From contig OZ024742.1 of assembly GCA_964016885.1 (NCBI GenBank), positions 126,976,001 to 127,040,000 on the forward strand: a stretch of DNA of 64,000 nt, given 5' to 3'. Origin of the DNA: Eledone cirrhosa (lineage: Eukaryota). Under the pieces are notes generated by a model. It worked only from the letters and a program-made list of their open reading frames with translations, was not told the DNA's origin and made no database searches. This document shows, in pieces, positions 1 through 13,054 of this stretch. The position numbers were made by a program, and so were the translations under genes. Within the stretch, counting starts at the first letter, position 1; each line of letters opens with the position of its first letter.

Positions 1-46
1 AATATCGGTGTGTTGGATATCATATATTACTGAATAATGCAATAGT

Positions 47-344
47 CAGCTCAGGGTTTTGCCTGCTACTGTACCATGTAACTCAATACAACCTGTTTCA
101 TGGTCGAGAGGTCTGCGGCTAAATCAGCTTCCCCACCAAACCCTGGTCTGGTACGGAGGGTAATTAAATCCCCCAGCGGCACAAATAAAAGAGCTGTTAA
201 AAGGGACGATGAACTCCTTAGTCAACAGCCATTCACCCCAACTATGGGTTAAATAGTCTCATCAACCTACAATCGACCAAGTGTGGTGAGTACAACTATA
301 CTTTTGTCATGAAATCGGTGAAGGTCCTCCAGGGCTGCATTGGA

Positions 345-345
<1 letters not shown>
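47..345 (+). mobile_element. Dispersed repeat family X, copy 1 (retroelement-derived, unclassified)
   Basis: Shares blocks 'tgctactg(g)taccatgtaa', 'ccctggtctggt', 'gagctgttaaaaggg..gatgaactcc..gtcaac' with 3609-3790 (-) and 8195-8580 (+); ends at (TAG)n. Confidence 0.6.
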
Positions 346-375
<30 letters not shown>

Positions 376-589
376 TGTTAAAGGGTTCTGATGAACGTGG
401 TTGTAATGAAAGTGATGATCATGATGACGACGATGATGATGCAGCAGAGACAATGTATTTATAATACCATATGGACTTTTAATCCCTGGTCAATAAGTCA
501 ATTGGTTTGTAAGTTGGTCTAAACTGAACTGGTGATGGCGTTAATTTGTCTGCTGTGAGTGTGAATTAGATTTTGGTGACGGTGGGGGA

Positions 590-596
590 GAGAGAG

Positions 597-684
<88 letters not shown>
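590..684. repeat. (GA)n(GT)n microsatellite
   Basis: Direct dinucleotide run. Confidence 0.98.
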
Positions 685-686
<2 letters not shown>

Positions 687-1361
687 AAAGAGAGCATGTG
701 TATGGAGGAGAGGGAGATGTGTGCGTGTGATGTGTATTTGATTGTTAATGCGCAATGTAGTTCAGATGTGACCAAATGTAAAACCTGCTAGAAATAACAG
801 TCAAATCTAACGAAGGAAGGATACATCTGTTAATGTATTCCTGGATATAGAAAATGACTAGAACATCTTCGATCCTGTTTGTCTGCTTCATCATGGCTGA
901 CCTGGGGCTATACGAGAACAGCGACACAACAACAGCCAGGCTACAACAGCTACGCAGCAGCAGCAGTATCAGCAGTCACGCAGCAACGACTGCCACACAA
1001 CAATACCATTTTCAGGTTTACGTAGTTGTTGAAATTTGACACATTTAATTTGAAACCAACAGAATCCCACCAGCGGCGAATGGTATGATCAAAAATGAAA
1101 TCAATGATAATACTCTGAGGTAGATATAATCGATAGTTCTCTCACCCGAGAAAATTGAGGTATTGTATATCAGACATCAATATTTAATATTGATGTGTTA
1201 TGCGTATATCAGACATTAATGTTTAATATTTAGTTTTAATTTAGGCATATAGTATAAAGTCTGTTTCGAGCAAGGAGGTTCACAGGCTGGTGCATATCTC
1301 GGCTTTCGTGGCGTGAAGCGACTGAGAATACAAGACCCCGCCCCCTCTGCCTCACCCGATA

Positions 1362-1560
1362 TTTTAGGCATAAGACCAGCAAATTTGGGGAATTAGGGGA
1401 AAAGCAAAGTGGATTATATCAACCCCCAGTACATGACTTGTACATTATTTTTCGACCACGGAAGGATAGAGAGCAAAGTTGACCTCGGTAGGATTTGAAA
1501 TCAGAATGCAAGGAGTCAGAATAAATGTCGCATTGTCATTTTATTCGACGATCCATCGAC
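1362..1560 (-). mobile_element. Degenerate tRNA-derived SINE, family A
   Basis: 'tttttcgaccacggaaggata..gcaaagttgacctcggtaggatttgaaatcaga' is the reverse complement of the B-box plus family A core. Confidence 0.75.
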
Positions 1561-3608
1561 CAATTCTGACGCATGGTCTAGTAAATAGGGTGCTGATCGC
1601 AAGGTCGGGGGATCGATTCGCGAATTGAGCCGTGCGCAACGTCCACTCAGCTGAACGGTGAGTTGAGCTTACCACGCTCTGGCCTCTTGTGCGAGGTGGA
1701 GGATCTTGTTCTCCCAGACCCTTAACTCAACATCAAACCGGGATAAGCTCCGGCTGTTGTCCAACCCATGCTTGCATGGAAAGACGACGAATGGACAACG
1801 AATGCAAATGGAATTGAATAATGGAACGTATCTTATTTTTAAATACCGCCATGTTTGTGAATCCTACTCAGTTAGAATGACATTCGCCATTTTTGGTATT
1901 TCTCAACATTCAGCACTTAGATACCTATACTCACAGTCATACGGCAACACACACGTATTCCACTTGCTTCTTAACCGTATCTGTTAGCTGCCAAGGAATC
2001 TGATACCTCTATCGTAGACTCGGTCACCTCCCAACATTCCACACGATGCATTTTAACAGAAATATATATATATACTCATAACTGTTATAATATATGCTTT
2101 ATTTCTTTTGATGTATATTTTGCAAAGATATACCACTACCTGTGTTGTATATTAATATGTATGCAAATTCATTTAAAATCTGTGCTAATCATAGTAAGAT
2201 CACGCACGCCTTGGTCATCACCTGAACATATTTCAAATGTTTCTGTAGTATGTAAGAAATAGAGCAACGTCCAGTAGAGAAGCCAGCCAAAGCAAACGGC
2301 TCCGACTGCTTTTAACATGAGACGATAACGATATGGAAGGTAGTATAGTAATAAATAAAATAAATACATAAACACACACATTTATATATATATATATATA
2401 ACAACCAACTCAATTATTATATTTACATTAATATATATAACATTGAATAATGGGTGGTAGATAGAACGTAGAGACGGCGCCAGATTGGATGATTTAATGT
2501 ATTCTGTGTAATTAAGAAGGCGAATTAGCAGAGTCGTTAGAGCATCTGGTTTAATGTCTTGCAGTAAGCCTTCTGGATCTTTGCACTCTGAGTTCAAATC
2601 CCGTCTAGTTCAAGATCAGACTATTCTTTTGGAGTCGATAAATAAAATACAAGTCGATTGACAGAATCGTTAGAGCGCCGGACGGGATGACTTGAAGTAT
2701 CTCTTTCAGCCTGCAACCAAATAGATGCCAAACTATCAGTCCTTGCCTATTCCTTCGACAACGTAGGCAGCATGGAGAGAGATGAAATTCAGGCACGGGT
2801 GATTAATGGTCTTCCACAAACAACTTTGCCCGGACTTCTGCCTCGGAGGGGAAGTTTCTAGATGCAAATCCCATGCTCATTCGTGGCCGAAGGGGGTCTC
2901 TACATCCATATTTGTATTAAAATCGTTTTTGTAAGAGGGCGATAGAGATAGGTCTTTAAAGATACATAAAACGTTTATACAGACGGATGAACTAATGAAA
3001 CAACAGCAACTACACATCGTAGTGGCGTTGGACAGAAGAGGGGAGTGGTTCAGATACATTCTAGTGCAGGCGTATGAATATTGAGATCGGTGGTGTGAAA
3101 CCCGATTTGACAAACACCCTCACACACATGGAAAAAACTATAAATAAACGCCAATTAATGATGTAAATGGCTCCATTAATTTTTCATCACTATTAATATC
3201 TTATTGCAATTATATAGAAATATAATTACCATTCCTCTACAACCAAGCAACAGCAACAACATAACCAACATTCCACAGTCACACGTTTTACTTTTGTTTA
3301 TTGATGTAATAGTCTGTTACCATTGCTTTGTTTTACAATGTTTTGTTTGTTCTCGCAAGAATTTCGTTTGTTCTTGCAATATTTATTAAACAACAAAGCC
3401 TCCGCCTCCTCTGCAATAAATTAACAAAACATTTGTAATATTGCTAATGTATAATTTCAGAAGAAACAAAAAATGCACATCGTTGAACTGTTACATGAAA
3501 TAATTAAATGATTGAGAATTAAAATACAAACTGCTCAATGTGATCCTCAGTGTAATCTGTCGAACAAACGCTTTGTACTTTAAACAACGCGATATATGAA
3601 TTCAAAAC

Positions 3609-3790
3609 ACACGAGCTGTTAAAAGGGCCGTTGACTGGAGAGTTCATCCGCCCTTTTAACAGCTCGTGTTTTTTGTGCTGCTGGGGTTTCCTTTACCCTC
3701 CTCACCAGACCCTGGTCTGGTGGGGGAGCCGGTTTAGTCACGGCACCACGAAGCAGTTTGTACTGGGTTAGATAGTACCAGATAGAAGTA
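3609..3790 (-). mobile_element. Dispersed repeat family X, copy 2, with terminal fold-back
   Basis: Reverse-complement match to 47-345 and 8195-8580; perfect 20-bp inverted repeat 3609-3628/3650-3669. Confidence 0.6.
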
Positions 3791-4401
3791 TTAGTAGTAC
3801 AACATGCGCGTGTGCGCTCCTGATCTCTCAGAACTACATTCATTTATTGTTAATCTGGATGAAGACAATGTGGCCATGACCAACACAGGCCCATTACGTT
3901 TTGAGACTGTTGAGGCTGATGTTCGACGACTGTCGCGGAGAAACGGGAATTGGAGGAGGGAATTCTAGATGATAAAGGTGCTGTCGAGAAAGGATTGAGT
4001 AAAGTTGTTAATGTGCTCCATGGGAGGGGATGATGCATGAGGGTGACCACAGAAGGTTAGCAGAACTGGATATGTAGGCTATAAAAATATATAGGTAGAT
4101 TATCGGTGCAAAGTTATTGAATTCATATATCTACTACAAACATCCATCGACAACCTCCTCTACCACCCCCTCCCATGCTGCATATACACAACTATTCCCA
4201 ATCCTTTCTCCTCAGCACCTATCATCTAGAGTTCCCTCCCCCAATGCACTTTTTCCCGTAACATACGTGTATGTAATAGATATATACACCCATATGTATA
4301 GGTGAAATTCGTTGGATTTTCACCCCGAAACTCGATACCAACCAGGAGTACACCTGAACTTCCACCAGGAAATCTTTCGTATCATTGAAGTTTGCTTTGC
4401 T

Positions 4402-4442
<41 letters not shown>

Positions 4443-7400
4443 TTATCGACCACAAAAGAGTGAACATTAACTTTGGTGCGGTTCGAACTTAGAATGCAGA
4501 GTGTTGTATTCAATACATCAAATCATTTTATTGGACAGTCTAAACTCACGGCCAATTCACCGCCATTGTGCATGTAAATGCTACATTAATAAATAAAACA
4601 ATGGCAGTGAGAAGGAAACAGAGACATCGTTATAAAAATAAAAATCATCCAGACAAAGCCTAACTAAATTATTCAATAGTTAGAATACACACACAGGTAT
4701 GAGATGTTACAAAGGGCTAGGTATAGGGTGTTTGTAGTGGATGTAAAGAGAAGATATAATGGCAGGTTATAGGGAGACATAAGTGGGTGTAAAGAATGTA
4801 ATAATCTTTAGAAGGTGGAATGTTAAGTATTTATGTTGTTATTTTTATACAAAATTACAACAACTACAACACCAGCCAAATGATGTCGCTTTGGCTCACA
4901 CAGTAATATATATAATATTGTATGCTTATTTAAATATGTGTATGTATGTGGTGAGGGTTTCTTGTTCTTCGTTTTCCACCATCTGGTTTTTCAAACAAAC
5001 CTACTTCAGCTTATAAACACCCGTGTAAAATGGCATAGTTTTACCAATGCAAATGCGCGCACGCACACATACACCCCTATACAGTTTGAAGCATGCTATG
5101 TTGACATTACAGATTTAGGGAGCCCAAAATAGTTTTAAATGAGAACTACAAGTGTTTGGTAGCTGTATATAACAGCTACCACTATCTACAATCTGTTGAT
5201 GCTTTGTATAACACTGTTGTTGCTGCATGAAGCTAAAGACCTATCTACCTAAATAGCTACCTGCAGATACACAAATATATTGTCATTTGATCGTATGTTT
5301 GTTGAAATGACTAGGGTAAAGTTACTGTTAAAACATGCATGTTTATCTATATTGATAGGTAGGCAAAGAAACTAGATGTAATAATGGTTTCTAATTTTGA
5401 CGCAAAGCTTGCAATTTGGGGTGAGGTGAAAGTCGATTATATCAACCTAGTATTTGACTGGTACTTTAGGCTGGATTTGAACTGAGAATGCAGAAAAAAA
5501 AAAAATGGAAGCTATTCCGCTCTAATAACTCTCAATTCGACGCTCATTTAAATGTTATGCAAGGAGGGGAGATTAAATCAAACTCTCTACTTAACTGATA
5601 CTTTATTTTATCGATCCCGGACAGATGAAATATAAAGTGCCGAAATAAATACCGTAATGTCTTTCATCCGAGACTCTAAAGATTCTGCCAATATCTGCTT
5701 AATTAACATTACAAATAAAAAAGAAGTTATACAATGATGGAAAGATGGGAACAGGATCCCGTACTGCCGAACTCCACAGTATAATCGGAACGTCAGCAAT
5801 TCGTCTGAGGAAGACGGCCTGTGGGGTGGCTGTTGCAGCGGGTGTCGCTAGCTATTGTCCATGGAAATGTCTATGCAATTTTGTCCGGGGAGCGCAGCCC
5901 AAACACTACCCCGCACTAGGCCCAGAACCTATCACCCTTACCCCTCTTCCCTTTCTTCTGTTGCCCAAGAGTTCTTGCTTTCCCTCCTTTTCCTCTCATG
6001 TCATTTATAGTCCTTTCATCTACTTTCCATACAGCCAGATCTCTTCATCTTTACCGCTTTCCCTCATTATTTCATTTTGTTTTTACTCAGTTCAACCTTC
6101 AACAGACATCTCGAGAAGAAGCAATATCATTAATATTGATCAATTCTTTATTTCCCCCAAGGACAACGGATGTGGAAGTAGAACTTACAAGAGCGGTTGA
6201 GGGTTAGATAGAATGTATGAAAACAACATTATACAAAAAAAAGGAATAAAATGTAACTTCTCTATTTTGTTGCTTTATTGTATTGTTATTTTATTCTGTT
6301 GATTGTCGGGTGACATTCAGTTCGTTCAACCACTTATTATTCTCTTTCACTTTCTACATATTGTATGTCTACCTTGTGCTCTTAAATAAAACTCTTGTAA
6401 TATTTTTCCTTAATCTCCTAACACTCTGGAATGACTGTGACACCTTCTGTAATCCCGTTCAAATCACATAGTGTCCTCCGTACCAGTTTCATGGCTGACA
6501 ATCGAAGATGATGTTATATCTGGTATCTGTCGTAATTGCGTATCTGTTCTTTTGAGTAGATATTGTGAATATATGTATATATATATATATATATACACGC
6601 GTCAATGTCTGAGTGTTTGTGTGTGTTACTATGTGTATAAAGATATATTTTCCAAGGATTTGCAACAGATTAGAGATTATTATAGGTGAGGTTGAAGATT
6701 CACTTCCTGTATATTTGTCACACTGAGATGTTATTGGCAATTCTTATAGTTAAGAATACTGTTTTCGCCTAGTCTAGAATTACTTTCCTTCATAGAATTA
6801 GTTCCTGTCCTCATTGACAATGAATGAGTGCTACTGGTTTCTGATAACACAAACAATGGGATTATATAGTGGCAAATAAGAGTGAAGAGGAACTATCATT
6901 AACATAGTATCGGCCTCAGTACGCAGCGGTATTTAATTTATCAACTCAGAAAAGATTTATCAACTCAGAAAAGATGAAAGACAAATTTAGTGGGATTTTA
7001 AACTCACAACGTAAACTTACATTCTGTAAATACCATCAAGGTATCTTGTCTATCAGTCTATCGATTCCGCTTTACACGGCCTGACATGTGTAAACATACT
7101 GCATGAATAGAAAAATGGCGAATAATTTTAGAGGGCAGGGAAAGTCGATTAAATCGACCCTAGTGCAAAACTATCCTCTGCAGGATTTGGACTCAGAATG
7201 TAAAGGGCCGTAACTATGCCGCAAAACATGTTCGATGTCCTACCAATACTGCCAAATAGCCGTCCTTGCATGAATAGTAATTATAAACTCTTTAATAATT
7301 ACATCCAGTTCAGTTGACTTAATAAAGATTAGGAAGATTTGAAATTTCAATCGTAGTCATCAATATAGAGGTTCCTTTGTTTGTTGTGATTCATTATTAT

Positions 7401-8194
7401 AGTTATTTCCGTTGGGACGACTATATTTCAAATCTTTAATATTTCTTTTTACAGTTGGTAGTATATATTCTATATGCATGAACCTACAATTAAAAACGAT
7501 TAATCTCTCCTAAACCATCAAACCTGTGCTTATTCCGGATTTCATTTTTCAGCGGAGTTAAGCGTTGAATCCCAGCTATTCTTGGTACTTATTTTCAGCT
7601 GGGTGTATTTCAGTTAACTAGTCGAAGTTTCAGACGAAATTATATTTGGCACTAAGTTGGAGGGCTTATTTTGGCGAAATATTTCTGTCTATTTTTTTTA
7701 TTACACATTTTTTTTTATTTTTATTTTTTTTTGAATTCTTAAAAACTGTAAAGTAATTAATGTACTTCTAATTAGTTTGTACAGGTGAGACACAATCCTG
7801 CTGAAATATTTCTATTAAACATTGTATGCACAAATCCGTAGGTGCTCCGCAGTGATATACAGCGTGTCTTGGGTATTTTATACCTGATGGCACCCATCTC
7901 TCATAGAGTCTAAATACAGCCGATTTCTTCAAGAGAAAGAGAGGGATTAATAGAGAAAAAAGAGGCTGAATCGAACCGAGTACTAGACTGGTACTATTTT
8001 ATCGACTTCGAAAGGATGAAAGACAATGTTCACCTCGGTAGGATTTCAACACAGACAGTAGAGCTAGAACGAATAACGCAAAACAGTATATCCAAGGTTC
8101 TAACGACTCTGCCAATTCACCACACATTCGACAAATATGAAGAGTAAATATTTCAGTTGAAATGTTTTCTCTCTCTCTCACCTTCTTGCTCGAC

Positions 8195-8580
8195 GAGGCC
8201 GGGGTCATACTAAGCCCGCGAGAGAGAGGGATTCAGGTCAGGCTTCTGTCTGCTACTGGTACCATGTAATCCAATACAACTTGCTTCAAGGTAGAGTGGC
8301 CGGCTTTTCTACCAGAACCTGATCTGGTGAGGAGGATAAGTCGAATCCCAGCAGCACAAAATAACAAGAGCTGTTAAAAGGGTGGGTGAACTCCTCAGTG
8401 TCAACGGCCACCCCTTCCCCACCACCACAACTATGAGTTAAATAGCCTCGCCCAAACCGCAACGGGACAAACCTGAAGAATACGACTCCACTCCTGATGA
8501 CATGACCAAAACCAAACAGAAAGCGTTGCAGGTCAACCATGGAGGGGTTCCTGCAACAGAGTGAGAAAGCTCTGGATTGG
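8195..8580 (+). mobile_element. Dispersed repeat family X, copy 3
   Basis: Same conserved blocks as copies 1 and 2; followed by (TA)n. Confidence 0.6.
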
Positions 8581-8958
8581 ATATATATATGTGTGTGTAT
8601 ATGAGAGAGAGAGATTATAGTAAATGTGTGGTACCTCTACACCTAGGGTTTGTTGTATAATACATTCATAAACATTTTATAATACAATTTTATTTCCCGA
8701 CCGTTTCAGTATTATACTGAGACTATGGTTATTTTAACGTACAATTGATCACTTGCTTGTGTAGTCGTAAGTCTAATTTCGTGTAGTAAGTGTAACAGTT
8801 TGTGTCAAGACGGTAAAGGATTGTTAAAACACTCATAATATATTAAGACTATTTTACTTTTATTGTTCAGAAGTTTACACAATAAATACAGATAATATCT
8901 TATATTTAATATAAATGACTACAATGCAATATTTCATCTATTCTTTAAACAACTACAA

Positions 8959-9146
8959 TAATTGTTTCTACTTTTTGGCACAAGGCCAGCAATTAACCAG
9001 TGCATTACTGGTACTTTATTTTATCGAGCCCATAAGGATGAAAGGCAACGTTAACCTCGGCGGGATTTGAACTCAGAATGGCAAGGGCCGTAACTCTGTG
9101 CGTCAAAGCATGGCGTCCGACCCTCTACCGATATTGCCAATCCACC
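8959..9146 (-). mobile_element. tRNA-derived SINE, family A (young subfamily)
   Basis: Minus strand reads A-box TGGCAATATCGG, B-box GTTCAAATCC, core 'gcctttcatccttatgggctcgataaaataaagtaccagt', tail 'ggccttgtgccaaaaagtagaaacaatta'. The core resembles the Meta domain of MetaSINEs (from memory). Confidence 0.9.
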
Positions 9147-11002
9147 ATCGGTAGATAGATTACGTTGTGATTAAATGCATCGGGAAATTTATGGATATTT
9201 CAATGCAAGTGAAGGAAAAAATGGAATCCTCTTTTCATTGTGCTTAAATTCTAAGTTTTCCGTGATATCTGGAACGTTCCTTTCTAAGATGCAAACCAAT
9301 GGAATAATTTTTTTCCCTTTTGTATCGAAGACAAGCAATTGCCTATATTTGCAACTGTTTTCTTTTTCCTTTCACCGCACGTTCTCTCCTTTCGACTCCT
9401 CCTCCCGCGAAAGAACATCAAATGAAATCCAGAGAGTGCCGTGTGCAAATATCAATTGTTAGTTGGTAAGACAAAACAATGGAAAACATTATTGTTTGTG
9501 TGCATGCGTTTTGCAGTCGTTATAGTGACACAGGTTTTATTGAGCTGTCAAGGTAAGCAGCAATTTAGAAGACACAGATGAGTATCTCTCTCTTGTAAGC
9601 TTTCATCGTCAAGAAGAGTTTAATATACAGCAATTAGTCGGTCGATATGATAATCCTAGATTCATTGGGGACGAGAAAAAAGGTGACATATTTATAAAAT
9701 GTTAATGCGCGATTGTATGTTTCTGTTTGTGCAATTCTGTGCACAAACTAATCGTGGAGATTAAAAAAGGATAACAAATATTAATTCAGTTTCTCTCTCT
9801 CACACGCAAACATGCACAGGCGCGCACGCGGAAGAGAGAGAGATAGTAAAGTACAATTTTTTAAGAGGAAAACGTTAATAAACATAAAACTAACCTGCTG
9901 GCTACATAATCATATTAACAGTTTTAGATCAATACATTCATATCTTATAATATAAACAACACACAAGAGAGATTGAAAGAGTGGTAGAGAGCGCATAACT
10001 GAATTATTGATAGCACGTGACTGAAACTGGAGTTTTGATGGACGATGGTGGAGGTGTAATTAAACTTAATTTTCGTAAATTGTTTCACCTACCTATAAGA
10101 TTGTGTTCTGAGTAGTGGGTGACATGTATTGACAACAATCTCGTCTTTCATAGGAGTCAACAGTTAAAAGACTACCCGTACATTGACTAATAAAGATATG
10201 CTAGTATACTTGTGATTGTATCCGTGAAAGGGATTTTTAGTCTCACTTATGTAAACTAAGAAAAAAATAGACATTAGAGAGTGAGTTATATTTCTCCATA
10301 AATTATGTTTACAACGTTAAGAACTGGAGTATGACCAGTCATATGTGTCTTTATCAAGGAACAAATATTAGTTAAGATGTCGGAATATCAATTGCCGTTT
10401 TCTCTCCGTCCATGTTTCTTATGCAGACATCGATTTTCATATGATCAGGACAAACATTCAACCGTATCGATCATCATTTCCCTAAGAAAATAAATCTGAA
10501 CGACATTTTGGCTCCATAGAAAGAATAAATGCTTGTCATCGATCACATTGTGGCATTGATTATATGCAGTTCTTTCCTCAGCCTATAGATTAGAAATATT
10601 CGATTACACAGAACATTTGGGAATCACTAAAAGAGACAGTTAATCTATCGATAATCGAGGGCGACAGTTTTAAGAAATGCATATTTGAATATCATATTTT
10701 TAAATATAATGGGAATACTGTAGGTTTTCAAGACTCCATATCACTTGAACAATAACTCAATAATTCAAATATCTAATTGATATGAAGTCGCTCACCAACA
10801 CTGAAAAGAGTGTGGGGGGGGGGGGGGGCAGTATCATTTAGTACCTCCACCTGGCGAAGGGCTCATGAAGGTCACAACTTCTGTTATTGCTACCTTTTCT
10901 AATCAAAATATAATGCGACTTCATTTGTTTTAACGAATGTTTAGACGGTAATCATTTTTATTTCATAAAAGTTAAAAAGACAAAAATATAACTGGTGCAA
11001 AC

Positions 11003-11305
11003 TTCTCTTCTTCTTCGCCCACGTATTCATCCACGTATACTCTGGAAGCAGAGTCCTTAGATACGTTTTCCAGCGGGTCCTATCAGAAATAATCGTCTCC
11101 AAGCGAGACTAACTGAGCGGCTGTGTGTTATCAACTATCTTGCTCGTGGTCTACCTCTTGGCCTCTTGCAGATTGGCTTTGTCTGTAAAATCTCTCCTAT
11201 GCTTCTTTCCTTAGACATTCTAACCTCATAATCATAGTATCGGAGCTGTGATCTCTCCATGTGGAGAAGTAACGGCTCTACCCGAAGCACACTTGACTAG
11301 GATCA
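11003..11305 (-). pseudogene. RTE-clade LINE 3' fragment (RT C-terminal region), degenerate
   Basis: Minus strand translates 'RVEPLLLHMERSQLRYYDYEVRMSKERSIGEILQTKPICKRPRGRPRAR', matching the RTE/Expander-type LR(W/Y)xGH..RM..KRPRGRP..W motif. Confidence 0.75.
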
Positions 11306-13004
11306 CTACTGAACCGGTCACCAATCTGGTATCCCACCATTATGTTAATGAAGTAGTTCATTTAATATTCAGCCGCTCAAGTAGTAGAGAAATTTTATTT
11401 CTATTTAACAGCAGCCAAAGCAATCATATGATTTTAAGAATACGATTAAGTAATTAAACTAATCAAACATTAATTAGCATCTGTGAAAATGCATACTCCA
11501 CCAACACTAATGAGTCAACTAGGGAGGCTCTATGTGGTCGTTCGAAATGCTAGAAATACCTTCGATCATATCACAACATTCTCACTTTAAAAAAATTAAG
11601 AATACAATAAAAAATAAATAAACACATTTACAATGTACTTTGATTTAAAGGTCTATACACACCTAGGAAAATCGTATTTTACATTACGAATGCAATATAC
11701 ACAGACTGCATTATAAAATATAAATACCCCCTAAGCATTCGCCAAAACTGTTAGAAACTGCAGCCAAATGGCCCTCAAATTATACAGGTTACCGTTTAAA
11801 AAAGAGAAATGTAAAACATTGTTGTCTCTAATCGAGACGAAGCGACAGCGTATCTAAATACATATAAAAATGAGATAACTCATCGCTAGAACAGCCGTTA
11901 AAACAGCCAAATACTGTCAATGACAGTGATGGGCAAAAATGCCTCAGAGAACAGAGACTAGCGGGCAGTGGTCGACAAAGAGACAACTCAAGAGGTGGGT
12001 GCCAGGCAGATAAAATATATAAAAAAATTTAAAGAGGAGGAGGACAAGGAGAATTGCGTTGGCTCACAAAAGTGATTAGAAGAAGGAAACAAAAAAAGGC
12101 GATGTATAAGATAAGTTCACACACATATTCACCATCATCAGCTCTCAAACCAACAAATGGGTTTCGCACGATTTAATTTAGAGTACTATTTTAGAATGCT
12201 GGATCATGTAACAAAAAAATAAATCATTCTGCTGGTGTGATGTGTGTGTGATAAAAGAAACTGCGCGGATAGAAGGAAGAAAGAAGACATAAATAAGTAG
12301 AAAAGAACAGGACGGTGGACCCTAAGTTGTGGAGTCTGTCCTAAATAGGAAGCTAATCATAGTTATCTTAGTCATAGATACATCATGTCTGATGAATACG
12401 ATGATATGTTCTGGATTTGAATACCTAATCATGTAATCATACATGTTCATGATCCGAATCGACAAGATCCAACCTGATTCGCATACAGAGTGGAATGGAA
12501 CTCGTCAGATCGGAACAAGGAAACAATGTTTCCATTGGTCATTTCAATCGCTTGTACTATCTACCCCAATACTGATCTGATATATTATTTATAGATCTTG
12601 CAACCACACGATTGCGAATCCAATTCTCTAACTGCAGCATTTCATCCAACGTTATAACGACTCTGCCAAATCGCCTTCTTTTTAAATATGTTTTTTTTTT
12701 CGTTTTATTTTTATTTTTGCAATTATGAATTTGAAAAAAAAAAAAAAAATAGGATAAAATATATGAACTTTCGCCATTGAACGGTCTGTAGTTGAAATTA
12801 TATTGGGTTGACCCAGTGGTCAAATCTATCAAATCATATATTTTCAAACACGCTGGTCTACAGTTTACACCACATTTCCACCATCATTCTACGCACGCGC
12901 GTATGTGTTTGCAAAATGAAAGTAACTATATTTGGCTAACTCTGCCCTGTAGCCCATATATCATTTATCCTGTCAGAGAATGAAGATGGCGCCTAATCGA
13001 TACA

Positions 13005-13054
<50 letters not shown>

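Noticed and set aside
4300-4345. Hairpin ggtgaaa/tttcacc followed by GAAACTCGATA
   Set aside because: No core upstream; at most a truncated remnant.
5745-6200. 151-aa ORF
   Set aside because: No recognisable domain; it overlaps a repeat and a pyrimidine tract.
8470-8535. CTGAAGA and CTGATGA followed by GAAA
   Set aside because: No stem I or stem II pairing.
8690-8725. Minus-strand GAAACGGTC followed by AATAAA
   Set aside because: Looks like the 3' half of a hammerhead, but the CUGANGA core and 5' stem I are absent.
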